From Nitrospinales bacterium (GTDB lineage: Bacteria; Nitrospinota; Nitrospinia; Nitrospinales; VA-1), in contig CBDCWG010000012.1 in NCBI GenBank assembly GCA_965223345.1, positions 1,088,001 through 1,152,000 of the forward strand: a stretch of DNA of 64,000 nucleotides, read 5' to 3'. Within the stretch, counting starts at the first letter, position 1. Each line of letters opens with the position of its first letter. The notes under the pieces were generated by a model. The model was not told where the DNA came from. It saw only the letters and a list, made by a program, of their open reading frames with translations, and ran no database searches. Below, piece after piece: positions 8,733-17,858 of this stretch. The translations under genes and the position numbers were made by a program.

Positions 8733-10613
8733 TCACGGCGCGTGCAGCACCAGCGTGCAGGGTGCGGAAAAATGCAGGACGCGGTTTTGGTCTTCCTGTT
8801 GCAGGGTGGGGGGATGCGGCGTGAGCGAAAAGCGGTCCTCTTCTGTGTGCAGGGTCCGTTGCGCCCCTTCTATCGCCAGGTTTGGCGGCAGGACGGTTTG
8901 TTGCGGCCCCTCGAAACAGGCGGCGATCAGCAGAGCGGTTTTATCCTGTGCGGTGCGTTTGAGAAACAATGTGTCCTTCTGGACATCCCATTGCAGTTTG
9001 GCATCGGCTGCAAAACAGGGATGATTCCGGCGCAGGGCGAGCGCCGCCCGGTAGAGACGCACGATGCCGGCATGCGGTTCGCTTTCGGGTTCTTGCCAGT
9101 CGAGTTTGCTTTTCGTGAACGTCTCGACCGCTTGCGGGTCGGGGATGGTGCTGCGTTTTTTCGGGTCGTGAAACGCCGCAAATTGCATGAACTCCTGTCT
9201 GCGCCCGCGGGTCACTTTTTTACCCAACGCTTCGGGGTGGTCGGTGAAAAAACAAAACGGCGTGGTGGCCGCCCATTCCTGTCCCATGAACAAAAGCGGG
9301 GTCGCCGGAGACAGCAGCAGCCAGGCGCTGAGCGCGCGGTAGACCGCAAGGTCGATGTTGAAATTCAGCCGGTCGCCGTGCGCGCGGTTTCCCACCTGAT
9401 CGTGGTTTTGGATGCAGTGCACAAACCGCTGCGGCGGGATGGCTTCGGTCGGGGTGCCGCGGGTGCGGTTGCGGTGCACGGAATGCTGTCCGGTGTAAAA
9501 CCAGCCCTGCTGCATGGTCTGCAACAGGTCTTCCGGCGTGCCGGAAAAGTCGCGGAAATAGCCGTCGTCGTCGCCGGCGATGAGGCGGCGGACCTGATGG
9601 TGGAAATCGTCCGCCCACACCGCGTCCAGACCGTAGCCTCCCTGATCGACGGGCCGGATGATGCGGTGGTCGTTGTCGTCGTCTTCCGCGATGAGCAGGG
9701 CGGGACGGGAAGTCCTCGCGCGGGCGTGCACCGTTTGTGCCAGTTCCTGCAAAAAATGGGTCGGGCTGTCGTCGATGATGGCGTGGGTGGCGTCGAGGCG
9801 CAGGCCGTCGATGTGGTACTCGTGGATCCAGTGCAATGCGTTCTCGATGAAAAACGCGCGCACCGGCCCGGAGGCTTTGCCGTCGAAATTGATGGCGTCG
9901 CCCCAGGGGCTCTTGTGCCGGGACGTGAAGTAGCTGGATGCGTACGCGCCCCAATAGGCGCCTTCGGGACCGAAATGGTTGTAGACCACATCCAAAAACA
10001 CGCCAAGTTCCAGCGCGTGCGCCGCGTCCACCAGGTTCCGCAAATCGTCGGGGGCGCCGTAGCAGCGCGCCGGGGCGAACAGGTCCACGCCGTCGTAGCC
10101 CCAGTTGCGCTGGCCGGGAAAATCCGCCACCGGCATCAGTTCGACGGCGGTGGCGCCGAGGTCTTTGATCCAGCGCAGTTTTTTCACAACGCCGGAAAAA
10201 TCGCCCTGCGGGTGGAACGTGCCCACGTGCAGTTCGTAGAGGATCAGGTTGTCCCGGTCCAGACCCTGCCAATGCGAATCGGTCCAGGTGAAGCGGGACG
10301 GGTCCACCACTTGCGACGGGCCGTGCACCCCTTCCGGCTGAAAGCGCGACGCGGGGTCCGGATAGGCAGCGCCGCCGTCGATGCGATAGCGGTAGCGATC
10401 GCCCGGCCGGGCTTCGGCGAGCGTGCAGGAAAAATAGCCTGCGTCTTCGGCGTGCATCGGATGGACGGTCTCGCCGTCGCTCTCCGGATGGAGGATCACC
10501 TCCATATTGCGGGCTTTCGGCGCCCACAGACGGAACCGGGTGCCTGCGTCCGTCCGGAAAGCCCCCAGCGAGGGCGTGAAGCTCACTTCTTTTTGCTCTG
10601 CGGTATCAGACAT
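8733..10613 (-). CDS. treZ: Malto-oligosyltrehalose trehalohydrolase
   Basis: PDPASRFQPEGVHGPS, RNWGYDGV, DGLRLDATHAI and QNHDQVGNRA motifs. Confidence 0.95.
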   Translation of the reverse strand: MSDTAEQKEVSFTPSLGAFRTDAGTRFRLWAPKARNMEVILHPESDGETVHPMHAEDAGYFSCTLAEARPGDRYRYRIDGGAAYPDPASRFQPEGVHGPSQVVDPSRFTWTDSHWQGLDRDNLILYELHVGTFHPQGDFSGVVKKLRWIKDLGATAVELMPVADFPGQRNWGYDGVDLFAPARCYGAPDDLRNLVDAAHALELGVFLDVVYNHFGPEGAYWGAYASSYFTSRHKSPWGDAINFDGKASGPVRAFFIENALHWIHEYHIDGLRLDATHAIIDDSPTHFLQELAQTVHARARTSRPALLIAEDDDNDHRIIRPVDQGGYGLDAVWADDFHHQVRRLIAGDDDGYFRDFSGTPEDLLQTMQQGWFYTGQHSVHRNRTRGTPTEAIPPQRFVHCIQNHDQVGNRAHGDRLNFNIDLAVYRALSAWLLLSPATPLLFMGQEWAATTPFCFFTDHPEALGKKVTRGRRQEFMQFAAFHDPKKRSTIPDPQAVETFTKSKLDWQEPESEPHAGIVRLYRAALALRRNHPCFAADAKLQWDVQKDTLFLKRTAQDKTALLIAACFEGPQQTVLPPNLAIEGAQRTLHTEEDRFSLTPHPPTLQQEDQNRVLHFSAPCTLVLHAP

Positions 10614-12712
10614 AGAACAGCCATCGAACGGCTCTCCAGGGAGTAGGCCCTGCCTCCCCGGCCGATGCCTTGCGTTTCAGGGTTGTGCGTGTCCAGCAGC
10701 GGTTCCCAGCGGGTGCCTTTTTTGTGGGCGGGCAGGATGAACGGGGTTTTTTCCGCAGACGCGTTGATCAAAAGCAGCATCGTCTCCCCCTGCAGGTGAT
10801 TGCCGTGATCGTCGGTTTCGTGCAGGGCGTCGCCGGAAATCCGCAGGCCAATGACGCGCGTTTCCGGATCGTTCCATTTGGCCTGGGTCATCTCGCGGCC
10901 GGTGGGGGCGATCCAGGAGATGTCCTTGGACTGGGATTTGCGTATTTTTTTTCCCTTGAAAAAGCGGGTGCGCGTGAACACGGGATGGGTTTGGCGCAGC
11001 GTGAGGACGCAGCGGAAAAAATCCAGAAACCGCAGCGCCTCCTTGTTCAGGTTCCAGTCGTGCCAGCTGATTTCGTTGTCCTGGCAATAGGCGTTGTTGT
11101 TGCCCTGCTGGGTGCGGCCGAGTTCGTCTCCGCCGCTGATCATCGGCACGCCCTGCGACAGCAGCAGGGTGGTGATGAGGTTGCGCTTCTGCTTGGCGCG
11201 CAGGGCGCGGATTTTAGAATTCGCCGTAGGGCCTTCGACGCCGCAGTTCCAGTTGTGGTTTGCGTCGGTGCCGTCGCGGTTGTCTTCGCCGTTGGCTTCG
11301 TTTTTTTTCGACTGGTACGTCACCAGATCCTGCAACGTGAACCCGTCGTGCGCGGTGATGAAGTTGACGCTCGCCTGCGGCGTCTTGCCGTTGTACTGGT
11401 ACAGGTCGCTGCTTCCGGACAGGCGGCTGGCGAATTCCGCCAGGGTCCCCGCATCGCCTTTCCAGAAGCGGCGCACGGCGTCGCGGTATTTGCCGTTCCA
11501 CTCGCTCCACAAAGACGGAAACTGCCCCACCTGATAGCCGCCTTCACCCAGGTCCCAGGGTTCGGCGATCAGCTTGACCCTGGAAAGCACCGGGTCCTGA
11601 TAGATGCTCTGCATGAACGCGCTGTGAAAATCCACGTGCGGGTCCTTGCGGGTGAGCGCCGTGGCGAGGTCGAAGCGGAAGCCGTCCACGTGCATTTCGG
11701 TGACCCAGTAACGCAGGCTGTCGAGGACCAGCTTGAGCACCGCCGGATGCCGGATATCGACCGTGTTGCCGCAGCCGGTGTGGTCTTCGTAGTAGCGGGG
11801 CTCCCCGGGATTCAGCCGGTAATAAACCGGATTGTCGATGCCGCGGAAAGAAAGGGTCGGGCCCAAGTGATTGCCTTCCGCGGTGTGGTTGTACACCACA
11901 TCCAGGATCACCTCGATGCCTTCCAGGTGCAGGGTGCGCACCATGCTTTTGAATTCCTGAAGGGGGTCGCCCATGCTGCCCGAATGAAAACGGGTGTCGG
12001 GCGCGAAGTAGGCGAGGGTGTTGTAGCCCCAGTAATTGGTCAGATTGTTTTCGTGCAGGTGCGGTTCGGTGAAATGCTGGTGGACGGGCAACAGCTCGAC
12101 GGCGGTGACGCCCAGCGATTTCAAGTGATCGATCACGGGCTCGGTGGCGAGTCCGGCGAAGGTGCCGCGCAGCTTGGCCGGCACTTTGGGATGGCGCGCG
12201 GTCAGCCCTTTCACGTGGGTTTCGTAGATGACGGTCCGGTTCATGGGGATGTCCGGCGGCCGGTCCTCGCCCCACGTGAACGAGGTGTCCGCCACCACGC
12301 AGAGCGGGGCGTGGGCGGCGTTGTCGCGTTTGTCCAGGAGCAGATCCTTGTTGTCGGAATCGCGCGGATACGCGAACGCCCGGTCGTGCCCCTTGCCGGT
12401 GCGCACCACCCATTTGGCGTACGGGTCGGTGAGCAGACGGTTGGGGTTGAACCGCAGGCCGTTCTGCGGATCGTAGGGGCCGTGGACGCGGTAGGCGTAG
12501 AGACAACCGGGATTCACGCCTTCCAGATAGATGTGCCAGATGTGGTGCGTGGGTTCGGTGAGGGAAAAGGAAACGAATTCCTTGCGCGCCTGGGCGGATT
12601 CGAACAGGCAGAGATCCACACCGGTGGCGTGCTCGCTGTAAAGGGAAAAATTGACGCCGTGTCCGTCCCAGGTGGCGCCGAGTGGGTAAGGGTTTCCTTT
12701 TTTCTTCCTCAT
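10583..12712 (-). CDS. glgX: Glycogen debranching enzyme (GlgX/TreX)
   Basis: [36 protein letters not shown] and [11 protein letters not shown] motifs. Confidence 0.95.
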   Translation of the reverse strand: MRKKKGNPYPLGATWDGHGVNFSLYSEHATGVDLCLFESAQARKEFVSFSLTEPTHHIWHIYLEGVNPGCLYAYRVHGPYDPQNGLRFNPNRLLTDPYAKWVVRTGKGHDRAFAYPRDSDNKDLLLDKRDNAAHAPLCVVADTSFTWGEDRPPDIPMNRTVIYETHVKGLTARHPKVPAKLRGTFAGLATEPVIDHLKSLGVTAVELLPVHQHFTEPHLHENNLTNYWGYNTLAYFAPDTRFHSGSMGDPLQEFKSMVRTLHLEGIEVILDVVYNHTAEGNHLGPTLSFRGIDNPVYYRLNPGEPRYYEDHTGCGNTVDIRHPAVLKLVLDSLRYWVTEMHVDGFRFDLATALTRKDPHVDFHSAFMQSIYQDPVLSRVKLIAEPWDLGEGGYQVGQFPSLWSEWNGKYRDAVRRFWKGDAGTLAEFASRLSGSSDLYQYNGKTPQASVNFITAHDGFTLQDLVTYQSKKNEANGEDNRDGTDANHNWNCGVEGPTANSKIRALRAKQKRNLITTLLLSQGVPMISGGDELGRTQQGNNNAYCQDNEISWHDWNLNKEALRFLDFFRCVLTLRQTHPVFTRTRFFKGKKIRKSQSKDISWIAPTGREMTQAKWNDPETRVIGLRISGDALHETDDHGNHLQGETMLLLINASAEKTPFILPAHKKGTRWEPLLDTHNPETQGIGRGGRAYSLESRSMAVLCLIPQSKKK

Positions 12713-12765
12713 CGCCTCGTGTGGGCGGACGGGGGAAGCAGGATCATAAAGGATGCCTCATCGGG

Positions 12766-13266
12766 TCAATAAACGGGATTGTGAAAATAATACAGGGCGT
12801 CGTCTCCGGGATTGATGCTGTAGTCCGGCAGGCTGGAACAGTGTTCCAGAGCGATTTTCCAGGACCGGTTTTCCTTTTGAAACACATAACTGCACACGCT
12901 GTGCTGCCGATCGTCGGTGTCGGTGCTTTTCGAGGTGATGCTCGAAATTTCATCCACGAGCAGAAATCCCACGTTGTCGCCGACTTTGCCGGAGAGCACC
13001 TGCCGTTGGGTTTTGCATTTCATGTCCCTGAAATCGGACATCATCTGGCGGTAACCCTCGATGCGGTTTTCCAGCAGATAGCGCTTGTCGTCTCCCAGGA
13101 TCACCTGTTTGGGGGCGTAATGTTCGGTGATTTTTTCCGGTTCCGAACAGACGAGGCCATCCAGCTTCTTGAGGACTTCGCTCAGAACTTTGGTTTCGGC
13201 CGCCTGTGCGCGGGCCGGTGTGAGGACCGTCAAAACAACCCAAGTCAATAATATAACTTTTGCCAT
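12766..13266 (-). CDS. Secreted SnoaL/NTF2-like (DUF4440-like) protein
   Basis: Signal peptide MAKVILLTW...AQA from ATG 13266; C-terminal YVFQKENRSWKIALEHCS typical of the NTF2-like fold. Confidence 0.65.
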   Translation of the reverse strand: MAKVILLTWVVLTVLTPARAQAAETKVLSEVLKKLDGLVCSEPEKITEHYAPKQVILGDDKRYLLENRIEGYRQMMSDFRDMKCKTQRQVLSGKVGDNVGFLLVDEISSITSKSTDTDDRQHSVCSYVFQKENRSWKIALEHCSSLPDYSINPGDDALYYFHNPVY

Positions 13267-13336
13267 GTGTTTCACAATTCCAATTCCTCCGCAAGCGTCC
13301 ATAATTTTGATTGAATTCGTTTTCACTGCATTATTT

Positions 13337-15526
13337 TTACGGGAAGTTCTGAAAATAGATTTCCACGGTTTCTCCATCGTGCGCCCATCCGAATGTCCCG
13401 GTTCCCGCATAGGTCGTGATGATCCCGTTGGTATCGACTTTACGGATGCGGTTGTTGCCCATGTCGGAGATGAACATGTTGCCCTTTCTGTCGAACGCAA
13501 CGGCGGACGGGTTTTTCAGCATGGCTTTCTCGGCCGGTCCGTCGTCGCCCGCGTATCCCTGGTATCCGCGGCCCGCCACCGTGACGATGTTGCCGTCTTT
13601 GGTGATCTTGCGGATGGTGTGGGTGTTGGAGCCGACGATGTGCAGCTCACCGGCCGGGCTGACCTTGAGGTAGTCCATCGAACGGATTCCGGCTTCCAGC
13701 GCCGGTCCGCCGTCGCCGGTGTCCTTGTGGTTGCCGTTGCCCGCGATGGTGCTCACGATGCCGTTGGTGTCGATTTTGCGGATCAGGTTGTTGGCGGTGT
13801 CCGCAACGTACAGATTGTCTTCTTTGTCGAACGCAAGCGCCCCCGGATCGCGGAACGCCGCCTGGGCCGCCGGCCCGCCGTCGCCGAAATAATCCGAATC
13901 GCCGGTGCCGGCGAAGTTGGTGATGTTTCCGCTGGCGTCGATTTTACGGATCTGATGGTTCAGCCGGTCCACGATGAACAGGTTGTCCTTGCTGTCGAAG
14001 GCGATGTCCGAGAAATGCGTGATGAAGGCGAGGGCGCCCGTGGAGGCGCGGCCTTTGAACTTGGACGCCTGCAGCGCTTCGACGTATTTGGGGTTCGCCG
14101 ATTCCATGAACTCGGTGATGATGCCCTTGGTGTCGATTTTGCGGATGATGCTGACGAAGCCCGAGGGGCTCACCATGAACAGTTCGCCTTTACTGTTCAG
14201 GTCGATGGAGGTGACGTGGTACAGCGACGCTTCGATCGCCGGTCCGCCGTTGCCCACATTGCCGCGGGTGCTGTTGCCCGCGATGGTCTGAATGATTCCC
14301 TGCGGGCTGATCTTGCGGATGCGGTAATGCCCCTTGTCGGAAAAGAGCAGGTTGCCGTCTTTATCCACGACCATGCCGTGCGGGAAGTTGAGCACCGCGC
14401 CCGTCGCCGGGCCGCCGTCGCCGGCGAACTGTTTCTTGCCGTTGCCCGCAACGGTTTCGATGGTGCCCTTTTTCAGATCGATGCGGCGGATGCGGTAATG
14501 CGAGCGGTCGATGACCAGCAGGCTGCCGTCCGGTTCCACGGCGACGCCGAAGGGCAGGTGCAGGTTGGTGTCGCGGGCGAGTTCGGAATCGCCGTTGTAG
14601 TCCTGCTGGCCGGTGCCGGCGATCGTCCGGATCATGCCCTGCGAGTCGATCACGCGAATGCGGTTGTTGTTGCGGTCGGCGATGTAGATGTTGCCTTTCT
14701 TATCGACGGCGACGCCGGTGGGGCCGGCGATGCTCGCCCGGTAAGCGGGGCCGTTGTCACCGATGAAGAAAAAGCCGCCGTCTCCGCCGACGGTGGTGAT
14801 GATGCCTTCCGGGTTCACCTTGCGGATGCGGTTGTTGCCGCGGTCGGCAATGAACAGATTGCCCTTGTCGTCGGTGGCTACGCCGAAGGGCCGGTCCACC
14901 CGCGCCTTGACCGCAGGGCCCGCATCGCCCGAATAACCGGTGTCGCCGTTGCCGGCGTAGGTCGAGATGACGCCGTTGGCGTCGATTTTACGCACGCGGT
15001 TGTTGGAGCGGTCGGCTATGAATATGTTTCCTTTATTGTCGAGAGCGATTCCGGAAGGCAGGTTGAGCTGCGCTTGGGTCGCCGGTCCGCCGTCGCCACT
15101 GAACCCGGCTGTCCCGGTTCCTGCAATTGTTGTAATGATTCCCTTTTCATCCACCCGGCGCACCACGTGGTTTTCCCGGTCGGCGATGTAGACGTTGCCT
15201 TTGTCGTCCACGGCCAGGCCGGCGGGGATTCTCAGCGTGGCTTTCACGGCGGGGCCGGTGTCTCCGCTGTAACCTGCGGAACCGGTGCCGGCGACCAGGG
15301 TCATGCGCCCTTTGTCGTCGATTTTGTGTACGGTGTTGTGATCCCGGCGGGAGAAGTAGATGTTGCCTTTTTTATCGACGGTCAGGCCATCGACCAGCGA
15401 GATATCGGTATCGGTGGCCCGGACTCCCTTTCCCCAAGCGGAGGAAGCGAACAGGAGACCGGTCAGAATGAGTACGGTGAATACGGTGAAACGGGGGTGC
15501 CTTGGAGCGAGCATGTTGTGCCTCAT
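13337..15526 (-). CDS. Secreted NHL-repeat (teneurin-like) beta-propeller protein
   Basis: About 12 repeats of ~56 aa (AG.G..G..GDGGPA..A.L..P.G.A.D..GN..IAD); signal peptide after ATG 15526. Confidence 0.9.
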   Translation of the reverse strand: MRHNMLAPRHPRFTVFTVLILTGLLFASSAWGKGVRATDTDISLVDGLTVDKKGNIYFSRRDHNTVHKIDDKGRMTLVAGTGSAGYSGDTGPAVKATLRIPAGLAVDDKGNVYIADRENHVVRRVDEKGIITTIAGTGTAGFSGDGGPATQAQLNLPSGIALDNKGNIFIADRSNNRVRKIDANGVISTYAGNGDTGYSGDAGPAVKARVDRPFGVATDDKGNLFIADRGNNRIRKVNPEGIITTVGGDGGFFFIGDNGPAYRASIAGPTGVAVDKKGNIYIADRNNNRIRVIDSQGMIRTIAGTGQQDYNGDSELARDTNLHLPFGVAVEPDGSLLVIDRSHYRIRRIDLKKGTIETVAGNGKKQFAGDGGPATGAVLNFPHGMVVDKDGNLLFSDKGHYRIRKISPQGIIQTIAGNSTRGNVGNGGPAIEASLYHVTSIDLNSKGELFMVSPSGFVSIIRKIDTKGIITEFMESANPKYVEALQASKFKGRASTGALAFITHFSDIAFDSKDNLFIVDRLNHQIRKIDASGNITNFAGTGDSDYFGDGGPAAQAAFRDPGALAFDKEDNLYVADTANNLIRKIDTNGIVSTIAGNGNHKDTGDGGPALEAGIRSMDYLKVSPAGELHIVGSNTHTIRKITKDGNIVTVAGRGYQGYAGDDGPAEKAMLKNPSAVAFDRKGNMFISDMGNNRIRKVDTNGIITTYAGTGTFGWAHDGETVEIYFQNFP

Positions 15527-15808
15527 GGTTGCTTTTCGCCCTTTCCCGGTGTTGCTAAAAAAGGCGTTCGGGTGTCGGTATGGATCGTTCAAATGACTTG
15601 TGGAACACTGATAATCCGGTGATTTTTCACTCTGGCAACGGGACGTCCCGGTCTTGAATACACAAAACTGTTCCCGTCCTGCCCTTTGGAATATTTTATA
15701 ATTCAGAGGGTTCGAGCGGGAAGGGTTTGAGGGGCCGGTCGGTACCGCGATTTCGACCCTGTAAACCTCCTGCCCGGACCGGTGCCCGAAAACGGGAATC
15801 ATTGCACA

Positions 15809-15842
15809 AAACCTTCTGGTCATCGCGATGATCAGAAGGTTT
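15809..15842. repeat. 34-bp near-perfect palindrome
   Basis: AAACCTTCTGGTCATCG|CGATGATCAGAAGGTTT, 17-bp arms with one mismatch. Confidence 0.9.
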
Positions 15843-15877
15843 CTGAGGGCGTGTCCGTTGTCTTGCCTTATGGGTCG

Positions 15878-15905
15878 ATTATACGTTTAGGGGTAGTGAT
15901 GTCAA
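15878..15905 (-). promoter_or_regulatory. Consensus sigma70 promoter facing the NHL gene
   Basis: Minus strand TTGACA-N16-TATAAT. Confidence 0.7.
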
Positions 15906-16018
15906 TTGGATTTTGATCTTGTATTTTAAGCAGTTCGCCCCTTCGAAGCGCATCGGTTCCGGTCGCGGTTTCAACCGATGTGGGAAACCCCGGGCAATGG
16001 TGCTATGATGTTGGAATC

Positions 16019-17809
16019 ATGAAAACTGTATTGATATTTCCGGCGCAGTGGTATCCCACGCAGCCTTATCTCAGCACACCCTACCTCACGGCCTATCTGC
16101 AGTCGAAAGGCTGGGAGGTTGCGCAGCGGGATTACAACATCGAATCCTACGACCGCTTCCTGTCACCCGAATGGCTGCAAAAAGCCGTCGGCAAAATGGA
16201 GACGCGGTTGCATGAAGTGCGCTCCAAAAACCGGTTCAGCATCAGGGAGAAATCGCTGCTGGACGTGCTCGCCACCGGTCTGAAATTCGCGCCCGCCATC
16301 CTGTCGCAGGTGGAGGAAGCCAAGCAGGTGATGCGGACGCCGGAACGGTTCTTCGATTTCGATTCCTACCGGCAGGCGGACATGGTGATCAAGTCCGCGC
16401 TCAAGCTGGTGTCCGACGCCTATTCCCCGTCCATCTTTTCCCTGTCCACGTTTGAAAGCGGAACGCGGGCGGAGGAATCGACACAAAAAGCCGGCCGCTT
16501 CACGCAGAACCGCGAGGTCAATCCCTTCATCGAACTGTACGAGGAATCCCTGCTTCCCGGCGAGGACTGGCAGGACTGCCAGGTGGCGGGGATCTCGATC
16601 GTGGGGATCTCGCAGATCCTTCCGGGGCTCACGCTGGCGCGCATGCTGAAGGAGGCGCACCCGCATTTGCACGTGGTGCTCGGCGGACCGATTTTCAGCG
16701 TCAACGGCAGCCAGTTGAAGACGAAGCCGGAATTTTTCGATGCGTTCTGCGACAGCGTCGTCACCTTCGAAGGCGAGGAACCGCTGCACCGGCTCCTGCA
16801 GGCGCTCAAGCAGGGCAGTTCGCTGCACGAGGTTCCCAATCTGATTTTCAAAGACGGCGATCAAGTCTGCCTCAACAAGGAACGGGTGGAGCTGCGTTTC
16901 GAGGATCTGCCGCCGCCGACGTTCGAAGGGCTGGACATGCAGCGTTACCTGTCGCCGTATCCCATCCTGCCAGTGCTGCAGAGCCGCGGCTGCTACTGGG
17001 GCAAATGCACCTTCTGCACGCACAGCTACGTCTACGGGCACCGCTACGGCAAACAGCGCACGCGCCAGATGGTGGACGAATTGCAGGCGCTCGCTGAAAA
17101 ATACGGCACCCGCTATTTCACGTTTTCCGACGAGGCGGTCTCGCCGCACTCTCTGAACGATGTGTCGGAAGAGATGATCGAACGCGGATTCGAGATCCGC
17201 TCGCTGGCGCTGCTCAAATTCGAAAAGGTGATGGATGCGGCGCTGTTCGAAAAGATGAAACAGGCGGGCTTCGTGTTTTTGATGTTTGGCCTTGAAAGCG
17301 CCAACGACCGGGTGCTGCAGCTCATCGACAAGGGCACCTGCAAGGAAGTGGAACAGGAGGTGCTGAAAAAGAGCAGCGAGGCGGGGATCTGGAATCATTC
17401 GTTTCTGTTTTTTGGATTCCCGACCGAAACCCGCGACGAGGCGCAGGAGACGATCGATTTTCTGATGGACAACCTCGATTCGATCCATTCCTTCGGGCCC
17501 GGCGTGTTTCTGCTGAACCGCGACTCCAGCTGCTACCAATACCCGGAACGGTACGCGATCGAAAAAATCATTCAGGACCCGGAAGCCGACATCGCCATGA
17601 ACCTGGATTTTGTGACCACGCAGGGGATGACGCGCGAAGAAGCGGTGGCGATGAACGACAAATGCATTCAGATGGCGGAAGAAAAGTTCCCTTCGCTCAA
17701 GATATGGGGGACCCTGCCGCGAGAACATTTTCTGCTCTACCTCGACCGCTACGGCAAAGACGCGCTGAGCGGTAAGCCCAACCTGACGGGAAACCAGGTC
17801 CTCTGCTGA
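16019..17809 (+). CDS. B12-binding-domain radical SAM protein (paralog 1)
   Basis: N-terminal LIFPAQW..PYLS B12-binding-type domain; RGCYWGKCTFC cluster motif; FGLES; start at ATG 16019. Confidence 0.9.
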   Translation: MKTVLIFPAQWYPTQPYLSTPYLTAYLQSKGWEVAQRDYNIESYDRFLSPEWLQKAVGKMETRLHEVRSKNRFSIREKSLLDVLATGLKFAPAILSQVEEAKQVMRTPERFFDFDSYRQADMVIKSALKLVSDAYSPSIFSLSTFESGTRAEESTQKAGRFTQNREVNPFIELYEESLLPGEDWQDCQVAGISIVGISQILPGLTLARMLKEAHPHLHVVLGGPIFSVNGSQLKTKPEFFDAFCDSVVTFEGEEPLHRLLQALKQGSSLHEVPNLIFKDGDQVCLNKERVELRFEDLPPPTFEGLDMQRYLSPYPILPVLQSRGCYWGKCTFCTHSYVYGHRYGKQRTRQMVDELQALAEKYGTRYFTFSDEAVSPHSLNDVSEEMIERGFEIRSLALLKFEKVMDAALFEKMKQAGFVFLMFGLESANDRVLQLIDKGTCKEVEQEVLKKSSEAGIWNHSFLFFGFPTETRDEAQETIDFLMDNLDSIHSFGPGVFLLNRDSSCYQYPERYAIEKIIQDPEADIAMNLDFVTTQGMTREEAVAMNDKCIQMAEEKFPSLKIWGTLPREHFLLYLDRYGKDALSGKPNLTGNQVLC

Positions 17810-17858
17810 GGCGCGTTCCGGGTTTGCCGAACGGTTGATTCACATTGGGAATCGTACG

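Noticed and set aside
15779..15815. Cobalamin riboswitch upstream of the B12 radical SAM genes (GGTGCCC...AACGGGAA)
   Set aside because: The following GGTG..AAATCC hairpin, CCGCAACTGT core and B12 box are absent.
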